Assembly: GCA_965203805.1 (NCBI GenBank) | Contig: OZ241917.1 | Span: 5,280,001 to 5,344,000 of the forward strand | DNA from: Candidatus Latescibacterota bacterium | GTDB taxonomy: Bacteria; Latescibacterota; UBA2968; GCA-2709665 | Direction of reading: 5' to 3' | Length of the DNA stretch: 64,000 nt | Shown here: piece after piece, positions 37,950 through 46,684 of the stretch | How positions within the stretch are numbered: the first letter of the stretch is position 1 | Layout: the number at the start of each line of letters is the position of its first letter | The notes under the pieces: model-generated | Databases searched by the model: none | What the model was told of the DNA's origin: nothing | What the model saw: only the letters and a program-made list of their open reading frames with translations | Translations under genes and position numbers: made by a program

Positions 37950-38520
37950 AAACACCTCGCCCGGCCTCGAAAAGCAGCAAAAACAGCTGTCAGCGCTCAG
38001 CCATCAGCTTGAATCAAAAGCCCAATCAGTTGACGTCTGCGCAGACCTCTCCCCCCGGCCTGCCTGCGCCTGCCTGTCCCGTTGGAACGGCAGACAGGCC
38101 GAGACCTGCTCGGCAGGCAGGCCCCCTCTCCCGCGGGGAGAGGGGGAGCAAACCAGGAAAGCCATCCGCGCACGAAGACACAAAGGGAAACCGAAAACGG
38201 CCGAAGAGAGGGCGACCACAAGGGTCGCCTGCCTGCGCAGCGTACTGCCTGCCTGTGCGTGTGGCACGCACGCAGACAGGCGCTGCAGGCAGGCCCCTAC
38301 TTTGGAAAAATGGGCGCGAGGTTTGGGGATGGCAGAGTGGTGCGATCACTCCCCCCTTGAGGGGGAGTCGCAGAAGCCGAGCCGATCCCTGAGCATGCGG
38401 TGCCCTGAGCATGCCTGCATTGAGCTTGTCGAAATGTCGAAGGGTTGTCGAACGGCCGGCGACGGCTGATGCGGTGGGGGGATCGCAGCGCTCTTTTGAT
38501 AGCTGGCAGCCTGAGAAAAC
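37950..38520. repeat. Dense cluster of REP-like and nested mini-elements
   Basis: Heptamers 37985-38008; CCTCTCCC...GGGAGAGGGG hairpin with nested insert 38059-38121; GTAG REP with nested insert 38210-38300; ACTCCCCCCTTGAGGGGGAGT element 38341-38487 carrying triple-nested CCCTGAGC...TCGAAGGG. Confidence 0.85.
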
Positions 38521-38659
38521 ATGAACGCATTTTGCGTAGAAGTCTTACTGTAGGTCCAAACCCCGCCTTTCATAATGGTCTTGACCAGCACCGTGAGATT
38601 CGATCATATTGGAATTTCGTCACCGTACCTGCCCTGCTGTATTCCGCGGGAGGTCTCCA

Positions 38660-39235
38660 ATGACCATAGTCACCAGCCGCTCGCCTATCACCGCCGAGGA
38701 GTTGTTCGAGTTACCGGACGACGGCGGTCGATGTGAACTCGTTAATGGAGAGATCATTCGAATGACGCCAACCGGAGCGGAACACGGGGTCGTCACTGCT
38801 CTCATCGGACATCTCATTCAGGAGTTTGTGACCGCTCACGCCCTCGGTCTCTGCTGCGGTTCCGAGACCGGGTTCATCCTCCAGCGGGACCCCGACGTCG
38901 TTCGCGCCCCGGACGCCGCCTTCGTCGCAAGCGGCCGTATTCCGGAAACCGGCGTCCCCGTAGGCTACTGGCCATTCGCCCCCGATCTCGCCGTCGAAGT
39001 GGTCTCGCCATCAGATCGCCTCGCCGACGTCCATGCCAAGATTGTCGATTACCTCGCCGCCGGAACCCGCCTGGTCTGGTTGGTGGAGCCAGAAACCCGG
39101 ATGGTCCACGTCTACCGTTCGGCCCGGCAGGTTGACGTGCTGGGAACGGACGACGCCCTCGACGGCGGTGATGTGCTCCCCGGGTTCCGAACGCCCGTCC
39201 AACATCTCTTTCCCCCGGATCGCCCATCGCGATGA
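38660..39235 (+). CDS. Uma2 (DUF820) PD-(D/E)XK family endonuclease
   Basis: ELVNGEII, RAPDAAFV, APDLAVEVVSPSD, YLAAGTRLVWLVEP and VLPGF motifs. RBS GGAGG. Confidence 0.93.
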   Translation: MTIVTSRSPITAEELFELPDDGGRCELVNGEIIRMTPTGAEHGVVTALIGHLIQEFVTAHALGLCCGSETGFILQRDPDVVRAPDAAFVASGRIPETGVPVGYWPFAPDLAVEVVSPSDRLADVHAKIVDYLAAGTRLVWLVEPETRMVHVYRSARQVDVLGTDDALDGGDVLPGFRTPVQHLFPPDRPSR

Positions 39236-39248
39236 ACTTTGAATTTGC
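39105..39248 (+). repeat. Direct repeat C1: uma2 3' end plus first 17 nt of zorA (pairs with 42069-42212)
   Basis: 144-bp gap-free alignment (offset 2964), about 25 mismatches, ending in identical ATGAACTTTGAATTTGC. Confidence 0.92.
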
Positions 39249-39253
39249 ACCAC

Positions 39254-39613
39254 TCATCGTTTTTTTGTACGGCCCTTATTGTAAATCTCACCGCGATGAT
39301 CCATATCGACCGCGTGAACTTTGCCGCCAATCCTCTTGTAGAAAATTCTGTAATTTCCAGTTTCGATCCTGAACATTGGATCTTTCTTAGGCCTCCCTCG
39401 AATTTTTATTGAGCCTCGCCTGTTTTGGGGGTTTCTAAGCGCTTCGAGCCTCTCGACGGCCGACTTCCTCAACTTTGCTTGGACGCTGTTCTCAAGAAAC
39501 TTTAAAACCTGGTTCTCAATTATGAGATCTTGCAACTCCGGATCAGCCGGCGTTGGCTCCTGAGGAGGGCCTGAAGCCCTTCTTGACCTCTGCCGCCGGC
39601 GACCTTCACTCAA
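39254..39613 (-). CDS. RelE/ParE family toxin
   Basis: MFRIETGNYRIFYKR...VDMDHRGEIY RelE motif; overlaps the upstream antitoxin. Confidence 0.85.
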   Translation of the reverse strand: MSEGRRRQRSRRASGPPQEPTPADPELQDLIIENQVLKFLENSVQAKLRKSAVERLEALRNPQNRRGSIKIRGRPKKDPMFRIETGNYRIFYKRIGGKVHAVDMDHRGEIYNKGRTKKR

Positions 39614-39816
39614 GTTCCACCCCTCTTTATCCTTTCCAGTTCTCTCCTGGTCTCCTCGACTGATAACGTCCTGCTCTTGCCAGTACGCATATCCTCGTCG
39701 ATCTGCAATGACCGAGCCAGAAAGGGGTCTTCGGTCGTCTCTTCAACCACTTCTTCAGGGCGCTCGCCCCAAAAAATGCGGTCGATCAGTATCCTGGCGC
39801 CACTTATGACACCCAT
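39610..39816 (-). CDS. Putative antitoxin (possibly the C-terminal part of a longer disrupted gene)
   Basis: Acidic protein with DEDMRTGKSRTLSVEE tail. RBS GAGGGG precedes ATG 39816. Confidence 0.65.
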   Translation of the reverse strand: MGVISGARILIDRIFWGERPEEVVEETTEDPFLARSLQIDEDMRTGKSRTLSVEETRRELERIKRGGT

Positions 39817-40038
39817 ATCAGTCCCCTCGCTGCGAAAAGGTCCAAAGACCAGTACCACCCGATCCTGAGATACGCCTTGCTTCTTCAGAAGCCGCCGGGC
39901 TTTTTCGATCGGGTTTTAGGCTCTTACTCGACCACCTCATCCACGCCTTCCGTACACGCCGGACAACATCTCCAGAGCATCATTCAAGACCATGACCTCC
40001 TGTTTCATCTGATGGAACCGTTTCAATAGATCGTCCAA

Positions 40039-40067
40039 AATTTACCACAAGTAAAACGAAATGACAA
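40039..40067 (-). promoter_or_regulatory. Sigma70 promoter for the minus-strand TA pair
   Basis: TTGTCA-17bp-TAAATT with extended TG. Confidence 0.55.
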
Positions 40068-41069
40068 TCTTTATTGTTGACACATGCCGGAGAACTCAGG
40101 CGAAATATATCTGCAAGGTCCGTTCCTGGTAAATCAGATGAAACGCGGTTGCTATCGTCTCCTTCTCCCGTCTACTACTCGTTTACCCGTACTGTTTTCC
40201 TGAGGAAGCCGTCGGGCAGACGAAGGATTTCGTTCGGCATGGGATGAACCTGAGCGTTCGTCATTCGTCCCCGCCCTGCAGGACTGCCTTCTGAAGCACA
40301 TGCGGCAGACGGCACAGCCCCCTTTCCCGGCCTCCCGATTCCCCGATGAATCCCCTATCTGACGCAACCTCGTGTCTAATTTGATAAAAGACCGGAGTTC
40401 ATCAAGAAATCAGCAATAACATCTCATTTGTCAGTATTATTTCAACGAAATCTTATTATATTGGCACGTAGACGCAATTTGCGACACAGGTTTCAATGCG
40501 GCGTTCCGGCGCCATCCTACCTCGCGTGGCGCCGTATTGGGCGGCATGGTTCTTCTACTACTGATGTTTATGATCGCCGAAATGCGGCCACTTCAGGATC
40601 GGTTTAATGGGGCTAGTCCGGTCACCCTTTGTTGAAATCCAGAATACCAGCCGGTATGATCTGTCGCCGGAGAAGCAAGACTTGCAGCAGCAGAAGACCC
40701 TACCCGGTGAATGACGTTAAAATGTGTCCTGCCATTCCATCACTGTATCGGGTGAGCGTGATTGTGATTTTCCCTTGCCCTCTAATCCAACCGTCCTGCC
40801 GTGTCTAAGACAAGGCTGTGCTATTTTCTCGCACCTGTGCGACCCCTGGACTTCTGGCGGCAATTTGGCAGGGAGGGCATGGCCAATGCGTTCGCCAACT
40901 TCTCTGGGGTCGCTACTTTATCGGAGCCAACTACCGCCTGCGACATCGCGCGAACGCAGGACTGGCAACATACACTCAGCGACACATTTGAAAAACCTAC
41001 TTTGGGTAACACATACCCGTGTCTATTGTGTCCGAACATAAACTCGACAATGAATGGGGGGAGATTACG

Positions 41070-42026
41070 ATGACGGAGTTGTCAGGACTCGGGCACATTA
41101 AAAAGGCCAATCTCCGTGCGGCTTGGCCTAATGAAAGCGAAGATTTCACGCCTTGGCTTGCGGACAACATTTCCGAACTCGGCGAGGTCCTTGGAATGGA
41201 GCTGGAAATACAATCTCGAGAGGCGAGAGTCGGAGCGTTTTCGCTGGATTTATTGGCTCATGAGCCGGGAACAAATCGTACGGTCATGATCGAAAATCAG
41301 TTGCAGCGGACTGACCATGATCACCTGGGAAAGCTCCTGACTTATGCGGGGGGCTGCGATGCCCAAGTCATAGTATGGGTCGCGAAAGAATTCAGAGACG
41401 AACACCGGCAGGCTATCGACTGGCTGAACGAACGTACCGACGAAGAAACGGAGTTTTATGGCATCGTTGTTGAGGTATGGACTATTGACGATTCTCGCCC
41501 TGCTCCTTACTTCAATTTGATTGCAACTCCAAACGAGTGGCAGCGCGAAGCTAATGAAACGATACGTTTGGTCAATACTTCGGATAGGAATTTGCGTTAT
41601 AAGTCATTCTTCCAAAGGCTTATCGATATACTCAGAGGGCAAGGGTTTACGAACGCCTCCAAGGCGCAGCCTCAGAGTTGGTACATGTTTGCGGCGGGGT
41701 ACGGAGAACGCGCTCAATATGCTGCCTGCTTCGGTCAGGGAGGAACGGTCAGGGTTGAAGTCTACATCAACTCTAACGATCGGGAATGGAACAAGAGTCT
41801 GTATGATCAGCTTTTGAACAAAAAAGATCCAATTGAATCGGATCTTAAAAATACTCTCGGTTGGGAGCGTTTGGATCACAGGCAAGCCTGTCGCATCAGC
41901 TTAACGCGTCAAGGTAGTATTGACGACGACGATAAGGCCTTGGAAGAGATTACAGACTGGTTAATTTCCAATCTCTTGGAGCTTAAACGAGTATTTGGAC
42001 CACACCTTGACAAATTGGCGAGATGA
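41070..42026 (+). CDS. NucS-like PD-(D/E)XK nuclease fused to DUF4268
   Basis: FTPWL, LDLLA...MIENQL...DHDHLGKLLTYA N-terminal domain; PQSWY...LGWERLD...CRI DUF4268-type C-terminal domain. Confidence 0.85.
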   Translation: MTELSGLGHIKKANLRAAWPNESEDFTPWLADNISELGEVLGMELEIQSREARVGAFSLDLLAHEPGTNRTVMIENQLQRTDHDHLGKLLTYAGGCDAQVIVWVAKEFRDEHRQAIDWLNERTDEETEFYGIVVEVWTIDDSRPAPYFNLIATPNEWQREANETIRLVNTSDRNLRYKSFFQRLIDILRGQGFTNASKAQPQSWYMFAAGYGERAQYAACFGQGGTVRVEVYINSNDREWNKSLYDQLLNKKDPIESDLKNTLGWERLDHRQACRISLTRQGSIDDDDKALEEITDWLISNLLELKRVFGPHLDKLAR

Positions 42027-42068
42027 CCGCGCCTCACACAAGAGAAAGTGCCAAAACGGTGGCACGGT

Positions 42069-42199
42069 TCCACGTCTAACGTTCGGTCCCGCAGGGAAAC
42101 GTGCTGGGAACGGATGACGCCCTTGAAGGCGGCGACGTACTGCCCGGCTTCCGCACTCGCGTCCAACATCTATTTTACCGGGATCGAATATCGAGATGA
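42069..42199 (+). pseudogene. Remnant uma2 3' fragment (direct repeat C2) abutting the zorA start
   Basis: Encodes ...NVLGTDDALEGGDVLPGFRTRVQHLF... with TAC>TAA near its start. Its TGA overlaps the zorA ATG. Confidence 0.85.
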
Positions 42200-43902
42200 A
42201 CTTTGAATTTGCTCTTTCGCCCGACTTCGTCAATTTCTACTGCATCGGTATTGGCGTCTTCTTGGTTGCCGCACTCGGGTGGCTATTTCGCCAGGTTGGT
42301 CCCCTTTGGTCGAAACTAGGCCGAGCAAATAGAGACCTTGAGAATCTGAATGGACAGGATGGATTTGCCCACGGATTCGAACGCTATCGTCGCATAGTCG
42401 AAGAGAACTTTGGACTGGCGTGGACGGAATTCGAGGAGACGCTGATTCTCCCCTCACCGGAGTCCGGTGATCCGATTCGCAACACCAGCGAAGTTTCCCG
42501 GTACCTGAACGACGCGACGATTGTCTTCCCGAAGATATCTTCCGGTTTCTACCAGGCGGTCCCAAACCTGCTGACCGGTTTTGGCATCCTCGGCACGTTT
42601 GTTGGTCTTGCCGCCGGCGTAGGTGCAGCCAGTTCCGGTCTGTCTTCCAGCGTACCCGCTGAAATTACGGCGGCACTTCAGCAACTCTTGGGTGGGGCAT
42701 CTCTAGCGTTCTCAACATCGATTGCCGGGATCGCTGCTTCCATAATATTTCTAATTGTGGAACGCGCTGCCACGCGCAAGCTCCATAAAGCGCTGGTCGA
42801 TTGGGTCGGAGCCATAGAGTCACGCATGGAGCGAGTGACGCCGGAAGGTGTCGCACTGCAACAACTCGAGCAGGCGAGACGTACGACGACGCAACTCGAA
42901 CGATTTAACACCGAGTTGATTTTCTCTCTTGAGAAGGCGCTCGATGAGAAGATAGCCGGTCGCATGGCGCCGTTGCTCGAGCAATTGGTAGAAGCCGTCG
43001 AGCAACTTCGCGCGGACCGGTCGACTGACAGCGGTCGTATGATCAACGATGCGCTCGACAGGTTCACGGCAGCTATGCAAGAGGGGGCGGGATCGCAGTT
43101 CGAGGAGATGGGGTCTATCGTTGCAGATCTGAACCGTACCCTCCAGGACTCGGCCGCCGGAATGGCTCAGTCGCAGCAGGACGTCCGCACGGCGCTAGAT
43201 TCGGTCCTTACAGCAGTAAGGACCTCGATGGATGAAAACGCAAGCGCTATGAATAAGACGTTGCAAGAATCGCTGGGTGACATCACACGCGCCGTCACGG
43301 CCGCTTCTGAACAAATGGCAGAACGTATGACCACATCCAGCGCGACGGCTGCGGCTGAAATGTCGGATACCATCGGGTCCGTAACTCGATACCTTCAGTC
43401 CGCAGCGGAGACTCTCGATCTGTCCACACAGCGAAGTGAACAGGTCCTGAGCGGCATGACGGCGTTCGTCGAAGAGCTCAATGAACTGCGCGGTACCATA
43501 GAATCGACGCACCGGCATATAGAGTCCGCGGCGGGACCCGTGGTAAACGCCGCCCGCGAGATCCGCGAAGCGAGCGACAGGACGGCCGAGACGTTGTCGA
43601 CGACGAGCAACTTGGTCGGTCGCGTCGACGAGATTGTGAATGCGCTCAGGCAGCACCAGGAGTCGATAGCAAGTGCCTGGACGCGATACCAGGAGCGATT
43701 CGAAGACATCGACGAGTCACTTGCAGCGGTTTTCCGACAGATTGACGAAGGGCTGTCGGGGTATTGCGAGCAAGTAAAGGAGTTCGCAAACGAACTTGAC
43801 AAGACGACGTCCGGGACCATCAGAGATCTGGCTGGGGCAACGGCAGAACTCAGCGAGTCCATTGAGGACCTGATCCCGCGTCTTCCGGGATCGTCGCAAT
43901 GA
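42196..43902 (+). CDS. zorA: Zorya protein ZorA (MotA-like TM domain plus long helical tail)
   Basis: VPNLLTGFGILGTFVGL...AFSTSIAG MotA-type helices and a tail of about 370 aa; first gene of a four-gene operon. Confidence 0.92.
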   Translation: MNFEFALSPDFVNFYCIGIGVFLVAALGWLFRQVGPLWSKLGRANRDLENLNGQDGFAHGFERYRRIVEENFGLAWTEFEETLILPSPESGDPIRNTSEVSRYLNDATIVFPKISSGFYQAVPNLLTGFGILGTFVGLAAGVGAASSGLSSSVPAEITAALQQLLGGASLAFSTSIAGIAASIIFLIVERAATRKLHKALVDWVGAIESRMERVTPEGVALQQLEQARRTTTQLERFNTELIFSLEKALDEKIAGRMAPLLEQLVEAVEQLRADRSTDSGRMINDALDRFTAAMQEGAGSQFEEMGSIVADLNRTLQDSAAGMAQSQQDVRTALDSVLTAVRTSMDENASAMNKTLQESLGDITRAVTAASEQMAERMTTSSATAAAEMSDTIGSVTRYLQSAAETLDLSTQRSEQVLSGMTAFVEELNELRGTIESTHRHIESAAGPVVNAAREIREASDRTAETLSTTSNLVGRVDEIVNALRQHQESIASAWTRYQERFEDIDESLAAVFRQIDEGLSGYCEQVKEFANELDKTTSGTIRDLAGATAELSESIEDLIPRLPGSSQ

Positions 43903-44780
43903 CGAGCGGCCATAGACCAACGGGGGACGCGGGTTCCGAAGGACAGAGCTATCTCGCAAGCGTAAGCGACCTTGTGTCCGCACTCATTTTTGTATTTATC
44001 ATCATGCTGGCCGTGTTCGCGTTCCAACTCGCAAACGTAATCGAGGATCAGGCTAAGGTCACGGAGGAATTGACCGCTTCGGACGAAACTCGCAATCGAA
44101 TGCTCCAGGACATCAAGAGCCGGCTTGAGGAATCCGGAATGCGGGTCCAGGTACTGGCTGATCAGGGTATCCTGCGGCTTTCAGATAACGCGATCAACTT
44201 CCCGTCCGGTAGTGAGATTCCGGTTCCGGAACACCACGTAAACGTTGGACGGCTCGCCCAAGCTATTGCCGAGGTGGTACCTTGTTATGTCGCTCCCACA
44301 GAGTCCGTCTCGCCAGCCCTGGGTGATGGCGACAGTATTGACGTGGAGCACGGCGACGACTCACCCGTTTACTGCCAGCCTAAGGCCGATCCTACTGGCT
44401 ATCCATGTAGAGATCGGGAGTATCCCTGGCTACTCGAGACTCTGCTGATAGAGGGCCACACTGACGACGTTCCGGTCGCGGCTGGCAACCGCTTCCGAGA
44501 TAATCTTGAGTTGGCGTCGATGCGGGCGGCAACAGTCCATCGCATGATCGCCGTGTGCGAACCTGGATTGGAAGGCCTTCTGAATACGGACGAGTATCCC
44601 ATTTTGAGCACAAGCGGGTACGGCTACGCGCGGCCCGTTACCCTCGACCCGGAGCGGGCTCGTGACAACCGCCGCATTGACCTGAGATTTCTGCTCGAAC
44701 CTCCGGCGGGTGCGCTGCACCAGAAGGAACCGGAGGTCCAGACCGACGTCCGCGAAAGGTATGATGAGGAATCACCGTGA
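43899..44780 (+). CDS. zorB: Zorya protein ZorB (MotB/OmpA-like)
   Basis: SVSDLVSALIFVFII with conserved Asp; IEGHTD, NLELASMRA and NRRIDLRF motifs. Confidence 0.92.
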   Translation: MTSGHRPTGDAGSEGQSYLASVSDLVSALIFVFIIMLAVFAFQLANVIEDQAKVTEELTASDETRNRMLQDIKSRLEESGMRVQVLADQGILRLSDNAINFPSGSEIPVPEHHVNVGRLAQAIAEVVPCYVAPTESVSPALGDGDSIDVEHGDDSPVYCQPKADPTGYPCRDREYPWLLETLLIEGHTDDVPVAAGNRFRDNLELASMRAATVHRMIAVCEPGLEGLLNTDEYPILSTSGYGYARPVTLDPERARDNRRIDLRFLLEPPAGALHQKEPEVQTDVRERYDEESP

Positions 44781-46564
44781 AGACGCCCTCCCTAAAGGAG
44801 TCGCTGGAGCGCTGGACCTGCCCACGAAAGCTGCCACATCCCTTCGATCCGCAGAAAACGCGAAAGGCAGCCGCAGAAGCAGCGGCGGTGCTTGGCGACG
44901 TCGAGTCGAGGAAACCATCGAATTACGACTTGGCGACCCTGCATTTGCGAATCACGGAATCATGGCGCCAATCCCGAACTCTTTCGGAGATTAAGCCCCG
45001 GGATTTGCGCCGACTGCCCTGGGTTCTGTTTTACCCGCCAAAACAAAAGCGTACCGCTTGGCTGGGTGCCGAACCACGCGTCCTTGAGGCATACCGTCGC
45101 TGGTTGATCGACCGTCCCCGGACTCGCCCCGTGCTGGCGTTGCTGCACGAGTTTCTGCGGGTATACCCGGTCGGACTTCGGACCTTTGGCGATCTGAGAA
45201 AAATATTGTATGGGTCCGTCAATGACGGGTCATCGCCGCCTCCGTCTTTACAGAAATGGCGAAAACGGTGCCTCGATTGGGAACTTCTCAGGATGGGTGG
45301 CGATCGGTCGTTCGTGCAAAACCTTGTCTCCGCCTCCGATGCCATTGACGACATCCTCTGCCGTGCGGGGCTCAACGGCGGACTCGCGCAATGCGGGTTC
45401 CTGAATTCGGGCATCCGGGCCTACCTCCGGCACGCAGAATCCCTTTTGATCCAGAATCGCCTCAACGCCGCAGATCTCGACCGGTTGCTCACTCTGCTCG
45501 AATTCGAGGGCAAACTGCGATTCGACGACACGGCCATGCGTACCGAAGTCGCTACAGCTTTGCTCAGACCCTTTATCGAGAGTCAACCAGATCCTGCGAC
45601 GCGAGAACGCATGCAACCGTTTTTCTTGCGCCATTACCGCGACCCTCGCCTGGGGTCAGGAAGACACAAGTGGTCAGGCATTCCCGACGAGATCCGCCGG
45701 GTCGTGATCCGTTGGCTCGTGGAACGCGCCCTCGAACAGTTCTTCTTGCTCGTCAAGGAAACGGCGCTCGACCGGCACTGGCGCTACCGGGAAGCATTCT
45801 GGCGGGCCTTTCACGAACACGATCTGATCGATGACATCTGGTTCATTTTGGGTCGGAATGCGAAAGAAATGCTCCGGAAGAGGAATACGAAGAACGACGA
45901 GACTGAAACGACCGCCGAACTTCTAGGCGCTCAGGGCGACCAGTCGGTTCTTCTCCTGCGCATGTCCGGCGTGACGATTGCCGAATGGAGCCATAACGGT
46001 AGTTGCAGAATATGGCTTGATGGCAATGGGAACGCCCCTAATTTGTATCAAGGTAAAGCCTATTTCGGTGACGATCTGAGGAGCGGTTCGGATTTCTCTC
46101 AACCCCATGTCCGCAGTCAGGTTGGCCTCTGGCAGGACAAAATAGCACAATGGTTGCGTGACAATACCGGCGTGGAGATTGCTCATTCCGAGTATTTCCC
46201 GGACCGATTGCGAAAACGCGAGACCAATCGCTACCTGAATGCCACAACGTCGACCCGGAGTTCACGAAGTCAGCCCGCAGCAGCAAGCCGCAGTGGCCGC
46301 CAGCCACAAACCAATCGAAAACAATCAACCGCAGCAGCGCTTAGTGAGTTGCAAAGGGTTCGAGCCGCTGTCAGGGCCTCCCACAAGAGCCGAGTGAATC
46401 TACGTGCATTCATGAAGCCGACGTCACCAGCCTGGGCCGCTTACGTGGAGGACCACGGGGTGCCGGGCTATGGGACGCGGTGGAGAACGGTGCTCCGTCA
46501 ACTTAACTCGACGATCGAACGTCTGAATGAACGTCCAGGAATTTCCAGCAACTGGTCGACATGA
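44777..46564 (+). CDS. zorC: Zorya protein ZorC (EH-signature domain)
   Basis: DPR...W, FF...HW..R..FW, IAEWSHNGSCRIW and H...WQ motifs; located between zorB and the SNF2 helicase. Confidence 0.88.
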   Translation: MKTPSLKESLERWTCPRKLPHPFDPQKTRKAAAEAAAVLGDVESRKPSNYDLATLHLRITESWRQSRTLSEIKPRDLRRLPWVLFYPPKQKRTAWLGAEPRVLEAYRRWLIDRPRTRPVLALLHEFLRVYPVGLRTFGDLRKILYGSVNDGSSPPPSLQKWRKRCLDWELLRMGGDRSFVQNLVSASDAIDDILCRAGLNGGLAQCGFLNSGIRAYLRHAESLLIQNRLNAADLDRLLTLLEFEGKLRFDDTAMRTEVATALLRPFIESQPDPATRERMQPFFLRHYRDPRLGSGRHKWSGIPDEIRRVVIRWLVERALEQFFLLVKETALDRHWRYREAFWRAFHEHDLIDDIWFILGRNAKEMLRKRNTKNDETETTAELLGAQGDQSVLLLRMSGVTIAEWSHNGSCRIWLDGNGNAPNLYQGKAYFGDDLRSGSDFSQPHVRSQVGLWQDKIAQWLRDNTGVEIAHSEYFPDRLRKRETNRYLNATTSTRSSRSQPAAASRSGRQPQTNRKQSTAAALSELQRVRAAVRASHKSRVNLRAFMKPTSPAWAAYVEDHGVPGYGTRWRTVLRQLNSTIERLNERPGISSNWST

Positions 46565-46684
46565 GCCGTACCAAAATACCGTTGTTCCGTTCGATCCCGC
46601 GACTGGAAAACCGGCCGATATAATTCAGAAGATCCCTGGTTTGGACCGGGGCGGCGCATATCCCGGAACCGTGGAGCATATTCC

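Noticed and set aside
37950-38520. Possible CRISPR array or small ORFs in the repeat cluster
   Set aside because: No regularly spaced identical repeats with unique spacers and no cas genes. The ORFs are translations of palindromic REPs.
40100-41060. Short ORFs in the 1-kb spacer before DUF4268
   Set aside because: No recognisable domains or RBS in any frame I examined. Possibly decayed DNA, but I cannot support a call.
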